A stretch of 64,000 bases of DNA from an uncultured bacterium (GTDB lineage Bacteria > Hydrothermota > UBA3072), in assembly GCA_964525555.1 (NCBI GenBank), contig CAZGHN010000013.1, positions 1,144 to 65,143 on the forward strand, in the 5' to 3' direction. How positions within the stretch are numbered: the first letter of the stretch is position 1; every line of letters starts with the position of its first letter. Made by a program: the position numbers and the translations under genes. This document shows, one piece after another, positions 44,063-54,627 of the stretch. The notes beneath the pieces are model-generated. The model made no database searches. It had not been told where the DNA came from and saw only the letters and a program-made list of their open reading frames with translations.

Positions 44063-45557
44063 TACGGCAGGAATAAAAACAATGAACAAAATAAATAAAT
44101 TTCGTTTATCATTATTCTTATATTTCCTGACTTTATACATAATAACGATTCAAGGGATACAATCAGGAGATAATGTTTTCCATTATGATAGAACACAAAA
44201 TATTATAAAAAATCACTCATTTTCAATGCCTGAGGGAAAATATTCTTTCAGCAAACAACCCTGGTTACGAAATTGGATGAAAGAGGGAAAAGATTGTAGA
44301 ATTTATCTTATATTACCTGATGGCCTTTCCATAACATCTATTCCGTTCACTTTTATCGGAAATCTAATAGAGAAGACCGGCAATTACGATATGTATGAGG
44401 GCAAAATGAATGAAGCCTGGACTAACGGTGATTATACAAAAACGATTTACTGTTTAAATTTATTGCCTTCTGCTTTTTTTTCGGTTGTTATGAATTCCTT
44501 TATTATGGCTTTAACCTTACTTATCTTCTTTAATTTCTGTTATTTGCTTACAAACTCTTTAAAAAAATCTCTCATTTCCTCGATTCTTCTTGGTAATGCT
44601 ACAATCTTATGGGTTTATTCAAGCAGCTTCTGGACTCAGCCCATTGTGACATTCTGCATCTTTGCAGCTTTTTATTTTCTTTTTAGATTCAACAACGAAG
44701 ATAATATAAAGTATTTGTTATTAGCAGGATTCTTTGCAGGATATTCTTATATATCTAGATACGCCAGTCTTTTATCTCTACCTTTCTTTATTTTTTATTT
44801 AATTAGTTCAAGATGGAAAGAGAAAAAAACAATCGTTAAATCACTTGCAGTTTTCTCAGTACCACTATTTATTATACTTTTTACCCAGATGTACTGGAAT
44901 TTTTATCGATTCGGCTCGCCTTTCGATTTAGGACCTAACAAGCTATTCTTTTCAAGCAAATTTTTAGTTCCATATTTAACTAGTTTTCTTTTTAGTCTAA
45001 GCAGAAGTATATTCTTTTTTTCTCCTCCTTTGATATTAGGTATACTAGGATTTAAAAAATTCCTTAAAGAATACAAATTGGAGTTCTTATGTACTGCTGG
45101 CATTTCTTTTGGTTTTCTCCTCTTCTACAGTTTTTTTAACTTTGGAATAAACTTATTAGGCGCCGCCTGGGGACCCAGATATTTAGTTCCGGTGACTCCC
45201 TTTTTATTGCTACCCGTCTGTCTTTTTGTTGACAATACAGGGTGGAAGAAAATGTTAACTTACGCAACACTGTCAAGCGGTCTCTTTACACAACTTATAG
45301 CGATTCTTCAACCCCTACAGGTTGAAGCGATAGATAACTATTTTGGAGAGTTGAAAGGCTTAGGAACCCCCCTTTTTAAAACGGAAATAATTCCGCAGGC
45401 AAAGATGCTGTTCAGAGGAGGATTTCATCTCTGGATCTTTGACAGTATTCCCAAACTAATAATGGGTCTTATCCTTTTAGGTATATGCTTTTATTCCTTA
45501 TTTTATTGCATCTACGAAATTCGAAAAACGAAAGATTTAAAAACAATCTCTACTTAA
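44034..45557 (+). CDS. polytopic membrane protein, possibly a GT-C-fold glycosyltransferase
   Basis: 507 aa; 11 or more hydrophobic segments; architecture reminiscent of ArnT/PMT-like GT-C enzymes; weak. Confidence 0.35.
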   Translation: MRLLWELNVDTAGIKTMNKINKFRLSLFLYFLTLYIITIQGIQSGDNVFHYDRTQNIIKNHSFSMPEGKYSFSKQPWLRNWMKEGKDCRIYLILPDGLSITSIPFTFIGNLIEKTGNYDMYEGKMNEAWTNGDYTKTIYCLNLLPSAFFSVVMNSFIMALTLLIFFNFCYLLTNSLKKSLISSILLGNATILWVYSSSFWTQPIVTFCIFAAFYFLFRFNNEDNIKYLLLAGFFAGYSYISRYASLLSLPFFIFYLISSRWKEKKTIVKSLAVFSVPLFIILFTQMYWNFYRFGSPFDLGPNKLFFSSKFLVPYLTSFLFSLSRSIFFFSPPLILGILGFKKFLKEYKLEFLCTAGISFGFLLFYSFFNFGINLLGAAWGPRYLVPVTPFLLLPVCLFVDNTGWKKMLTYATLSSGLFTQLIAILQPLQVEAIDNYFGELKGLGTPLFKTEIIPQAKMLFRGGFHLWIFDSIPKLIMGLILLGICFYSLFYCIYEIRKTKDLKTIST

Positions 45558-45673
45558 TTAAAATCAAATCGCTCTTCTCTTCAGGTTAAGCGAAAAATGC
45601 GTGGAGATTTTTCTTGTTTTTGAATTTTGATTTGTATTTTTGCTTTTTAATATTTAAATTTTACACTAATTTT

Positions 45674-47515
45674 TTAAAACGGGTGTCCGAAGTTAAGATA
45701 TATCTTTCCTTTATCTTCTGAAGAAATATCCCTCATAGCTCTTGCATAATCGAACCTGATAACTCCTATAGGAGAACTATATCCAATCCCAAATCCAATA
45801 CCTGTATTAAAATCACTAAAAGATACATCAGCTAAATCCATCCAGAGTGAACCGAAATCAGCAAAAATTATTGCGTATAGCCTGCCGTAGACCGGCATCC
45901 GGAGTTCGAGATTAAATAACAATTCATCTAACCCGCTCATACGGTCCGGTCTTATATCGGGAAAACCAATCGAAGCTTCCTTATACCCCCTAAGAGAACC
46001 ATATCCCCCCATCTCAAGGCGAACATCAGGACTAATATCTTCAGGAGCTCCTTTAGGAAAAGTTACAATAGCTCTCGATCTCTGTGCTACAATTAGTCGA
46101 AGAGGTAGCGGATAATAAGAAGCAATATCAAAATTTAATCTGTCAAAATGATTATCTCCCCCCAGAAATCTTCCGGCATAATCATACTGCACGAGCAAAC
46201 GGAGTCCTTTACTTGGATTAAGAATATTATTTCTCTTATCAAATAAATATCTCGCTGAAACTCTGTTGGTGATATTAATTGTATCGGTCTTAAAAGATGC
46301 TCTCCTGAATTCATAAGGAAAAGAAATCACTGAATAAGTCCCTAATTTTCTTTCAAGAACAAACTCCATAGACAAATCAGATTCAAAATATCTTCTCTTT
46401 AGAGCCGGTGACATAATAAGACTGAATCCGCTACCCAGCAAATATGATTCTCTGTAAATAATTCTATACTCCTGCTCCCAATCATCAAAAGCTAACATTC
46501 CCGTACCCTCGTCAATCTTTGGTGCTCCTTTGAATGATAAATCAATAATTAGCCTTTGAAGGTTTCCAAAAAGATCCAAATCGCCCCATCTGAAATCCAT
46601 TATCGCTCTCCGAGGAGACTCATAACCGAAACCAAGCTGAAAAAACCGTGATTCTTCTTCTTTCAAAAAGAAAGTTATATCAACAAAATTATCCTGTACT
46701 TTCTCCTCATGAACTTTTACATCAGAAAATAATTCGGTCTGATAAAGGTTACTTTGTGAAAGATATACTTTCGAGGGCTGATAAACATCACCTTCTTTTA
46801 TTCTAAGTTCCCGTCTAACAACCTTATTTCTAACCTCTTTTAACCCTCTAATTTTTACATTCCTAACATACATCTTCATACCTTCATTAATAATTATTCT
46901 AAGAAAAATACTATTGCTTTCTCCCTGGTCACCCATAAAACTTCTTTCCATTATTATTGAAGCATCGGCATATCCCTTTTCCGCATAACTACTTGTTAAA
47001 ATATACTTACCTGCATCCAAAACAGCTTCATCATAATACATACCTTCTTCAACAGATAATTTTTTCTTGATATATTCAACGGAAACTATATTGTTTCCAA
47101 TAATCTCAATGCTGTCGATTTTACTCCGCAATCCTTCAAAAATATGATAAGTTATTATAAAGCCATTTATCTTCTCAACAAATTCACCTTCTCTCTTCAA
47201 AATTCTCATATTGAAGAATCCTCTACTCCTGTAATAGCTGACTATTTTCTCGGGACCCTCTCTTGCAAATTGTTCTATATAACGATCACCTACTTTTACA
47301 GGAAGAACCTCTTCTAATTTTTGATCAGAAATAAAACGATTACCTTCAAAGTTTATCTTAGCTACTCTTACTACTCCATTTTGCTTCACTTGACCCGTAC
47401 AGCCAAAAAAGGAACAAATAAACAGTATCAATAAATTATAAATTCCTCTAATAAAGAAATTATGGCGAAAAAAATATGTTTTTTTTCTATTACTTTCTAT
47501 AGTAAAACCAAACAA
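45674..47515 (-). CDS. Omp85-family outer membrane protein (BamA/TamA-like; POTRA + beta-barrel)
   Basis: POTRA-like N-terminus (…VRVAKINFEGNRFISDQKLEEVL…); C-terminal barrel ending …YLNFGHPF (terminal aromatic). Confidence 0.7.
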   Translation of the reverse strand: MFGFTIESNRKKTYFFRHNFFIRGIYNLLILFICSFFGCTGQVKQNGVVRVAKINFEGNRFISDQKLEEVLPVKVGDRYIEQFAREGPEKIVSYYRSRGFFNMRILKREGEFVEKINGFIITYHIFEGLRSKIDSIEIIGNNIVSVEYIKKKLSVEEGMYYDEAVLDAGKYILTSSYAEKGYADASIIMERSFMGDQGESNSIFLRIIINEGMKMYVRNVKIRGLKEVRNKVVRRELRIKEGDVYQPSKVYLSQSNLYQTELFSDVKVHEEKVQDNFVDITFFLKEEESRFFQLGFGYESPRRAIMDFRWGDLDLFGNLQRLIIDLSFKGAPKIDEGTGMLAFDDWEQEYRIIYRESYLLGSGFSLIMSPALKRRYFESDLSMEFVLERKLGTYSVISFPYEFRRASFKTDTINITNRVSARYLFDKRNNILNPSKGLRLLVQYDYAGRFLGGDNHFDRLNFDIASYYPLPLRLIVAQRSRAIVTFPKGAPEDISPDVRLEMGGYGSLRGYKEASIGFPDIRPDRMSGLDELLFNLELRMPVYGRLYAIIFADFGSLWMDLADVSFSDFNTGIGFGIGYSSPIGVIRFDYARAMRDISSEDKGKIYLNFGHPF

Positions 47516-47678
47516 ATGTAATCCTCTCTATAAAAGAATATTCCTTTTAGGGAAAAACGCAAGCAAGAAATCCAAAAAACAAACAATGTTTCGTAACTTA
47601 TTGACATTAAAACCTTTACTTTTTGTTTTTATTATTAGACTCTACATAACACAGACGCTAAAAAATAATTTATTAGGA

Positions 47679-48752
47679 TTACTTGTCCTCGCCTACAAGC
47701 AATTCATTTAATTCTTCAGGATTAGGAGAAATACGGACCGCATCTTTACGGCTAATTACTTCTTTCCCTATCAATTCAGCAAGGGATTTATTAAGCGTTT
47801 TCATTCCTTCCTTGGTTCTGGTCTGCATAATTGAATACAACTGATGTGTTTTCCCTTCTCTTACTAATTTTCTAACAGCTGCTATCGAAATAAGCGTCTC
47901 TGTAACCGCAATCAAGCCAACCTTTTTTTTGTTTTTCACCAAATCCTGAGAAATTATTCCAAGTAGGTTCGCCGAAAGCTGCAGCGTCACTTGTCTCCTT
48001 TGATGAGGAGGAAATATATTTATAATTCTATCTATTGTTTGAATAGCACTTCTTGTGTGCAAGGTTGAAAGAACTAAATGTCCTGTTTCTGCTGCCGTTA
48101 TTGTTATCTGTATAGATTCTCTATCCCGCATTTCACCAACAACAATAACATCAGGATCCTGACGAAGTGCAAATTTTACGGCAGAGGAAAAAGAATGTGT
48201 ATCATAACCAACTGCTCTCTGATCTATTGCCGCTTTTTTATCTTCATATATAAATTCAATCGGGTCTTCCACCGTTATTATATGAGATGTTCTTCTCTCA
48301 TTTATATATTGTACTATAGAAGCAATTGTTGTTGACTTTCCACAACCGGAAGGGCCTGTAATAAGAAGAAGTCCTCGTGGTTTCATCGCAAATTCTTCCA
48401 AAACTTCTGGTAAATTCAAAGTGCTAAGTTCCGGTATCGTGGATGGAATCAGCCTAAAAACTATACCGGGATTTCTCCTCTGCATAAACAAATTAACTCT
48501 GAATCTTGAAAGACCAGGAACATTAACGGCAAGATCCATTTCCCTTTTACTTTCAAATTCTTCCAATTGCTTACGAGACATAACACTCGCAGCAACACTT
48601 TTTATGTCTTCGACACTAAGAGGGCTATGTTCCTCCAACTTCATCAGATCTTTGTCTTTCCTAATAATAGGTACAGCCCCAACCTTTAAAATAAGGTCTG
48701 AAACATTATCTTTTTTCATCTTATTGAGAAGGGGACCAATATTCAAAGACAT
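47679..48752 (-). CDS. type IV pilus retraction ATPase, PilT/PilU family
   Basis: GPSGCGKSTT Walker A, …GHLVLSTLHT… His box. Confidence 0.85.
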   Translation of the reverse strand: MSLNIGPLLNKMKKDNVSDLILKVGAVPIIRKDKDLMKLEEHSPLSVEDIKSVAASVMSRKQLEEFESKREMDLAVNVPGLSRFRVNLFMQRRNPGIVFRLIPSTIPELSTLNLPEVLEEFAMKPRGLLLITGPSGCGKSTTIASIVQYINERRTSHIITVEDPIEFIYEDKKAAIDQRAVGYDTHSFSSAVKFALRQDPDVIVVGEMRDRESIQITITAAETGHLVLSTLHTRSAIQTIDRIINIFPPHQRRQVTLQLSANLLGIISQDLVKNKKKVGLIAVTETLISIAAVRKLVREGKTHQLYSIMQTRTKEGMKTLNKSLAELIGKEVISRKDAVRISPNPEELNELLVGEDK

Positions 48753-48753
48753 T

Positions 48754-49821
48754 TTAACCCCTGGCTAAAGAAGCTTCAAACATTTTAGGATTGGATGCTT
48801 TAGAAAGTGCCTCTTCATAATCGACCTGACCTCTAAGGTAAAGCTCCTTTAAATAATCGTCGAGCAACTTCATTCCAAATTGAGCACCGGATTTTATTAT
48901 ATTATAAATTTGCTCTATTTTTCCTTCTCTTATCGCATTGGCAACCCCTTTAGTCCCGATAAGAATTTCATAAGCGCCAATTCTTCCTTCCTCATCAGCC
49001 TTCCTAAGCAACGTCTGAGATACTACGGCTCTGATTGTCGAGGCAAATTGCACTCGAATCTGATGTTGATGTTCGGGTTCAAAAACATCTACTATTCTAT
49101 CAACCGTCTGAGGCGCATCGGGAGTATGAAGAGTTGCAAAAACAAGAGAACCCATTTCTGCCGCATTAAGAGCTTTTTCTATAGTTTCCCTATCCCTCAT
49201 CTCTCCGATCATTATAACGTCCGGATTCTGCCTCATAACTCTTTTCAGAGCTTCTTCAAAGGAACTTGTATCTACACCTATAGCACGTTGTTCAATTACA
49301 CTCTTTTTGTCTTCAAAAACGTACTCGATTGGGTCTTCGATTGTAATAATATGTTTTTTTTCAGTAATGTTTATCTCTTCTATCATAGCAGAAAGAGTTG
49401 TTGACTTGCCGGCTCCTGTCGGACCGGTTACAAGTACAAACCCATGAGAAGAAAGAGCTATATTTTTAAGTATATCAGGCAATTTCCATTCATTTATCGT
49501 TTTAACTTTGATAGGAATAACTCTTACCGCAATGCCTATTTTCCCTCTCTGAAGAAAAACATTCATCCTGAAACGTGCGGACCCGGAAAGTTCATAAGAA
49601 ATATCAAGCTCCCATTCCCTCTTAAAACGTTCCTTTTGTTCATCTGTCATTATCTCGAAAACAAGGTCCTGAATATCTTCCGCAGAAAACGGTTTGTAGC
49701 TCTCTATTCTTTTTAAATTACCCTGGACTCTCACTATAGGTGGTTCATCTGCTTTAAGGTGAAGATCGGATCCGTTAAACTTAAGAACCTCGTTCAAATA
49801 TTGTTCGATTTTAGCGCTCAT
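48754..49821 (-). CDS. pilT: type IV pilus retraction ATPase PilT
   Basis: TGPTGAGKSTT, …GSLVFATLHT…; tandem with its paralog, with a 1-nt gap. Confidence 0.85.
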   Translation of the reverse strand: MSAKIEQYLNEVLKFNGSDLHLKADEPPIVRVQGNLKRIESYKPFSAEDIQDLVFEIMTDEQKERFKREWELDISYELSGSARFRMNVFLQRGKIGIAVRVIPIKVKTINEWKLPDILKNIALSSHGFVLVTGPTGAGKSTTLSAMIEEINITEKKHIITIEDPIEYVFEDKKSVIEQRAIGVDTSSFEEALKRVMRQNPDVIMIGEMRDRETIEKALNAAEMGSLVFATLHTPDAPQTVDRIVDVFEPEHQHQIRVQFASTIRAVVSQTLLRKADEEGRIGAYEILIGTKGVANAIREGKIEQIYNIIKSGAQFGMKLLDDYLKELYLRGQVDYEEALSKASNPKMFEASLARG

Positions 49822-49841
49822 GGTATTTCGTTTTTATTTAT

Positions 49842-49914
49842 TACACCCGAAAGGATTCGAACCTTCAGCCTTCCCGGCCGGAGCGGGACGCTCTATCCAT
49901 TGAGCTACGGGTGT
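49842..49914 (-). tRNA. tRNA-Arg (anticodon CCG)
   Basis: Reverse complement folds as a cloverleaf: acceptor ACACCCG/CGGGTGT, D-arm GCTCAATGGATAGAGC, anticodon arm TCCCG-CTCCGGC-CGGGA (U33, CCG, G37), T-arm GAAGG-TTCGAAT-CCTTT; no encoded CCA. Confidence 0.8.
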
Positions 49915-50213
49915 TAGCCTTCAGGAAAAACCTTGCTCTCAATTTCCCTCTTAAGAACTTTTGAAGGTTTAAATGTAGGCATCCACCTTCCAGGAATTTT
50001 AACCTCCTGGTTTGTTCTTGGATTTCTGCCTATTCTACCCTTACGAAATTTATTTCCAAAAACGCCAAAACCTCTAAATTCTATCCTGTTATTAGAATAA
50101 TAGACTTCTTTAACCTCTTCAAGAAAAGCTTCGACGACCGTCCTAACTTCTTTTACTGGGATACCTGTCCCTTTCGAAATATTCATTACAATATCTGACC
50201 GGGTCTTTGTCAT
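49914..50213 (-). CDS. hup: HU/IHF-family DNA-binding protein
   Basis: …RIEFRGFGVFGNKFRKGRIGRNPRTNQEVKIPGRWMP… beta-arm signature; 99 aa. Confidence 0.85.
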   Translation of the reverse strand: MTKTRSDIVMNISKGTGIPVKEVRTVVEAFLEEVKEVYYSNNRIEFRGFGVFGNKFRKGRIGRNPRTNQEVKIPGRWMPTFKPSKVLKREIESKVFPEG

Positions 50214-50500
50214 AAAATTACCTCCTTACTATTTTGCTAATACGTTAAAATACATTAACTTATACTACTTATATACACATATTTAGCCTCTATGTCAAGG
50301 GTATTTCCTAAAAACTACTACAAAAAAACAAAAACAATTTTACCACAGAGTGCACAGAGAGACACAGAGTATTTATAGTTTTAATTCAAAATTAATAATT
50401 CAAAATTATTAATTTTTGACTCATAACACACGACTAATGACTAGCAGCGCTTCGCACCGAACCTCTTGACATACTGTCAGGGCGGGCCTAATATCTACTT

Positions 50501-50716
50501 ATGATTAAAGACGATAATTGGGATATTCTTCTAAAAACAAACCCTAACGAGGCCGAAATTTTTCGGGGTATACTTGAGACCAACGGAATAGAAGCTAAAC
50601 TTGAACAGGAAGCTGTAGGGAAAATATATGGGTTAACCACAGACGGGCTTGGTGAGGTAAAAATATATGTTCCTAAAGACCAATTAGAAGAAGCAAAAAA
50701 AATAATCGAAGTATAA
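50501..50716 (+). CDS. small DUF2007-like protein
   Basis: 71 aa; ORF and family-level pattern only. Confidence 0.35.
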   Translation: MIKDDNWDILLKTNPNEAEIFRGILETNGIEAKLEQEAVGKIYGLTTDGLGEVKIYVPKDQLEEAKKIIEV

Positions 50717-50727
50717 ACAAAGGGCTT

Positions 50728-51699
50728 TCATTTAACCTTTTTCAGCTCCTTAACTGCGCTTTCTGGAGATACAGGATTAATAGAAATTCCCGTTCCCTTC
50801 TCAAACCCCGCAGGAATAGTTAGCTTGGGCAATATTTGTATGTTCCAATGTCCTTTTTTAATAGAAGGCGTATTGAAAAAATAGTTAAAAGGAATATTGC
50901 CCAGTACTTTTTTATATCTTATAAAAACTTCCTTTATAACATTCCCAAGCAATATTAACTGTTCATCCTTTACTTCTTCAAAAAAAAGCGGATGATTTCT
51001 GGGTAAAACCAGAAGTTGATACGGATATTCCGATGCAAAAGGTGCGAGTACAATAAAACTTCTGTTTTCTAACAACACTCTATTATCATCGAAGGCTTTT
51101 TCTATAAGACCACAATAGATACATGTTTTGGATTTTTTTATTGCTTTTGTTTCTTCCTCTATGAAAGGAGGTATCACGGGAAGAGCTAGAATCTGAGAAT
51201 GTGAATGAGAAAGAGAAGCTCCGGCTGATATACCATGATTTTTAAATATAAAAACTGACTTTATATGTTCCTCTCTTTTTAAAATTTTATATCTTTTTTT
51301 ATACATTTTTAAAATAAGAAATATTTCATCCTGGTCCATACTGTACATATCTTTTGTGTGTAAAGGGGTTTCTGCAATTACTTCATGAATACCGTATCCT
51401 TCGACGAGATCAGGCATTCTCTTTGCTCCGCTACTCATTTTGATTCCGTTATTAAGCGCAGGATATTTATTAGGAAATACTCTTATCAACCAGCCAGGTT
51501 CATCTGGTTTCCCATTGTCTCTAAAGGAATCTACTTCTGGAGGAGTTAAAAATTCGTTTCGTTCACAGAAAGGGCAATTTTTTTTATCGTTTTTTTCTTT
51601 TATCGCTTCCCGGTTAAAAAAAGCATGGGGCCGTTTACCTCTTTTGGGAACAATTAAAACCCACTTATTGTGTAAAGGATCTTTTCTGAATTCAGACAT
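50728..51699 (-). CDS. galT: galactose-1-phosphate uridylyltransferase-like HIT-family nucleotidyltransferase
   Basis: Zn-binding CPFC…; HSHSQ (HxHxQ) active-site motif; 323 aa. Confidence 0.7.
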   Translation of the reverse strand: MSEFRKDPLHNKWVLIVPKRGKRPHAFFNREAIKEKNDKKNCPFCERNEFLTPPEVDSFRDNGKPDEPGWLIRVFPNKYPALNNGIKMSSGAKRMPDLVEGYGIHEVIAETPLHTKDMYSMDQDEIFLILKMYKKRYKILKREEHIKSVFIFKNHGISAGASLSHSHSQILALPVIPPFIEEETKAIKKSKTCIYCGLIEKAFDDNRVLLENRSFIVLAPFASEYPYQLLVLPRNHPLFFEEVKDEQLILLGNVIKEVFIRYKKVLGNIPFNYFFNTPSIKKGHWNIQILPKLTIPAGFEKGTGISINPVSPESAVKELKKVK

Positions 51700-51869
51700 T
51701 TATAAGAATTTTATGCTATTATCAGCCTTAACGCAAGGCTTTTTTTCCCTAAGGCAAAAAAAGTTAGGCCGTTAGACCGTTAGATTGTTAGGTAGTTAAA
51801 AAAAGCCCGCCCAACGAACCAACAAGAAAAGGGTATTGACTTCGACTTCAAACGCCTTATTGTTTTAAT

Positions 51870-52250
51870 ATGAAAAAAATAAAAATATCGTCCGAAAAAA
51901 TCGGTGAAGTTTTCGCTACATTAACAGAAGAAAATCCCAAAACCGCTAAAGCTTTTTACTCCTCCCTTCCCATAGAAGGAAAAGCAGGTCTGTGGGGAGA
52001 TGAAATATACTTCAGGGTTCCGGTCCCGGTATACAAAGAAAAGGGTAGAGTTGCGGTAGAAAAGGGAGAAATAGCTTTGTGGGTTGAAAGTCCATCTTTT
52101 TGTATTTTTTTTGGGAAAACCCCCTCAAGTACAGAAAAAGAAATACGCGCATATAGCGATGTAAATGTAATAGGCAAAGTTGAGGGTGACCTGGAAGTTT
52201 TCAAAAATGTAGAGCAGGGCGAGGTAATCAGCATTAACAAAGCAGTCTAA
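51870..52250 (+). CDS. hypothetical protein (cyclophilin-like fold suspected)
   Basis: 126 aa ORF; weak resemblance to DUF3830-type proteins. Confidence 0.3.
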   Translation: MKKIKISSEKIGEVFATLTEENPKTAKAFYSSLPIEGKAGLWGDEIYFRVPVPVYKEKGRVAVEKGEIALWVESPSFCIFFGKTPSSTEKEIRAYSDVNVIGKVEGDLEVFKNVEQGEVISINKAV

Positions 52251-52427
52251 CTTTTTAATTTGCTTCTCGCTTTTAGCTATTAGCTTAAAACACAGTATTC
52301 TTTCTTTACGCCTTTTTAATACATTTACTGTTTTGTGAAGAAATTTTTTTAATGCGAAAAGCGAAAGGAGAACATCTAATAGCGGTTGGAGTCGGGGCTG
52401 TGTCTCTGGTGTAAATTTAAGTAAATC

Positions 52428-52462
52428 AACTTGACAAAAACTTAGGAATTTATATAATCTAT
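52428..52462 (+). promoter_or_regulatory. sigma70 promoter TTGACA-17-TATAAT upstream of glnA
   Basis: aacTTGACAaaaacttaggaatttaTATAATct read directly. Confidence 0.5.
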
Positions 52463-52497
52463 CTAACTATAGAATAAATTTCAATTAAATCTATGTT

Positions 52498-53817
52498 ATG
52501 GGGAGGGAAATGAATAAATCTGATCTTTTTTCTTTGTTAGAAACAGGCGAAGTAAAGGCAATCCGTTTATGGTTTACAGATATTCTCGGTAAAGTTAAAG
52601 GATTCTCAATAAGCCATAAAGAGGCGGAAAGAGCTCTTAATGAAGGCATCAATTTTGATGGTTCGTCAATCGAAGGACTGGTTCGAATAGAGGAATCGGA
52701 CCTTACTGCAAAACCCGACCTTTCCTCCACTTATATCTTTCCAGACGAAAACGGCATGAAAACAGTTATCTTCATTTGCGATATATTTTACCCTGACGGA
52801 AAACCAGTCGAGTCTTCTCCAAGACATGTTTTGAAAAATATTTTGAAACGTACAAAAAAGAACGGATGGGAATTCTTCGTAGGCTCGGAACTAGAGTTCT
52901 TCTATTTCTTGGAAAAAAGAGACCTCAACATTCGCGATACAAAAGGTTATTTTGATGTAATACCTTATGACAAATATGATGAAATTTCAGAAGAAATAGT
53001 AAATATTCTAAACGGAGTCGGAGTAGAAGTCGAAGTGGCCCATCATGAAGTCTCTGAAAATCAGCACGAAATCGATCTACGATACGAAGAAGCCTTAAAA
53101 ATGGCAGATCACATTCAAGTCGCGAAATATGTCATTAAAGAAACTGCGAGGGGAAATGGGATTTTTGCAACATTCATGCCTAAACCCGTATTCGGCCTCA
53201 ACGGCTCAGGCCTTCATCTGCATCAATCCTTGTTCAGTAAAGGAAAAAATATTTTCTACGACGAAAAAGATAATTATCATCTCTCGAAAATAGCAAAACA
53301 ATATTCTGCAGGGCTTCTTAAATACTCAAAAGAAATTACTTCTATAACTAATCAATGGGTAAATTCATACAAGAGACTTGTTCCCGGGTATGAAGCCCCA
53401 GTTTATATTTCCTGGGGAAGACAAAACCGTTCGGCTTTGCTCAGAGTTCCTTCATTCAAAAGTGCAACCTCATGTAGGGTAGAATACAGAACTCCAGACC
53501 CTGCAACAAATCCCTATCTAGCTATCTCGGCTATGCTAGGGGCAGGGCTCGCTGGGATAAAAGAAAAATTAGATCTGGGGAAACCAATTGAAGAAGATAT
53601 TTATACTATGTCCAAGGAAAGGAAAGAAAAGCTCAATATAGTAATACTACCTGATTCTCTTTATACAGCAATACTGGAAACAGAAAAGAGTAATATGGTC
53701 AGAAGTTTATTCGGAGAAGAATTCTTCAATAAATACATTCAGAACAAAAAAGCAGAGTGGGAAAACTATAGGATCCACGTAACCGATTACGAAATCGAAA
53801 AATATCTCTCATTGTAA
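52498..53817 (+). CDS. glnA: glutamine synthetase (type I-like, 439 aa)
   Basis: beta-grasp FDGSSIEG; catalytic-domain blocks …GSGLHLHQS…, …SWGRQNRSALLRVP…. Confidence 0.85.
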   Translation: MGREMNKSDLFSLLETGEVKAIRLWFTDILGKVKGFSISHKEAERALNEGINFDGSSIEGLVRIEESDLTAKPDLSSTYIFPDENGMKTVIFICDIFYPDGKPVESSPRHVLKNILKRTKKNGWEFFVGSELEFFYFLEKRDLNIRDTKGYFDVIPYDKYDEISEEIVNILNGVGVEVEVAHHEVSENQHEIDLRYEEALKMADHIQVAKYVIKETARGNGIFATFMPKPVFGLNGSGLHLHQSLFSKGKNIFYDEKDNYHLSKIAKQYSAGLLKYSKEITSITNQWVNSYKRLVPGYEAPVYISWGRQNRSALLRVPSFKSATSCRVEYRTPDPATNPYLAISAMLGAGLAGIKEKLDLGKPIEEDIYTMSKERKEKLNIVILPDSLYTAILETEKSNMVRSLFGEEFFNKYIQNKKAEWENYRIHVTDYEIEKYLSL

Positions 53818-53875
53818 ATTATCTTGACTTATTAATAGATATCAATTATTATACCTTAGAGAAGGAGAATAAGTC

Positions 53876-54625
53876 ATGAAAATCGCAATAATCGGATACG
53901 GTAAAATGGGGCAAATTACCGAGCAATTAGCCGGAGAAAACGGGCATGAAGTTGTTTCGACAATTGACCCAACGGTAAAATCGGCAAAATTCAATAATTT
54001 TAACGAAGAAAACTTACGCGGCGCTGATGTCGCTTTCGATTTTACTGTCCCGGCTATTGTTCTCGAAAATATAGATAATTATATAAAATATGGAATAAAC
54101 GCAGTAATCGGAACTACCGGCTGGTATGAACACTTAGAAGAAGTTAAAGAAAAAGTAGAGAAAAGTAATATAGGACTTATCTGGTCAGGCAATTTTTCTA
54201 TCGGAGTTAATTTGTTCTTCCGAATAATCGAAAAAAGCGCCGGATTAATGAACAATTTCCCGGCATATGATATAATGGGATACGAAATTCATCATAACAG
54301 AAAAAAAGACAGTCCTTCAGGCACTATGAATATGATAGGCAAGATTCTTCTCGAAAAACTAAAAAACAAGAAAAAAATAGTAACGGAAAAACTTGATAGG
54401 AAAATATCGAAAGAAGAAATACATCTTGCTTCAATAAGGGGAGGCTGCGTTCCCGGTACTCATTTGATCGCTTTCGACAGCGAAGTAGACACAATTGAAC
54501 TAAAACATACAGCTAGAAATCGAAAAGGTCTTGCCTTAGGAGCTATAAAAGCCGCAGAATGGATAGACGGCAAACGGGGTTTTTATAATATTGAAGACAT
54601 GATGAATGAAATTATAGGAGGTTAG
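53876..54625 (+). CDS. dapB: 4-hydroxy-tetrahydrodipicolinate reductase
   Basis: MKIAIIGYGKMGQ NAD(P) motif; …EIHHNRKKDSPSGT…. Confidence 0.85.
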   Translation: MKIAIIGYGKMGQITEQLAGENGHEVVSTIDPTVKSAKFNNFNEENLRGADVAFDFTVPAIVLENIDNYIKYGINAVIGTTGWYEHLEEVKEKVEKSNIGLIWSGNFSIGVNLFFRIIEKSAGLMNNFPAYDIMGYEIHHNRKKDSPSGTMNMIGKILLEKLKNKKKIVTEKLDRKISKEEIHLASIRGGCVPGTHLIAFDSEVDTIELKHTARNRKGLALGAIKAAEWIDGKRGFYNIEDMMNEIIGG

Positions 54626-54627
54626 AA

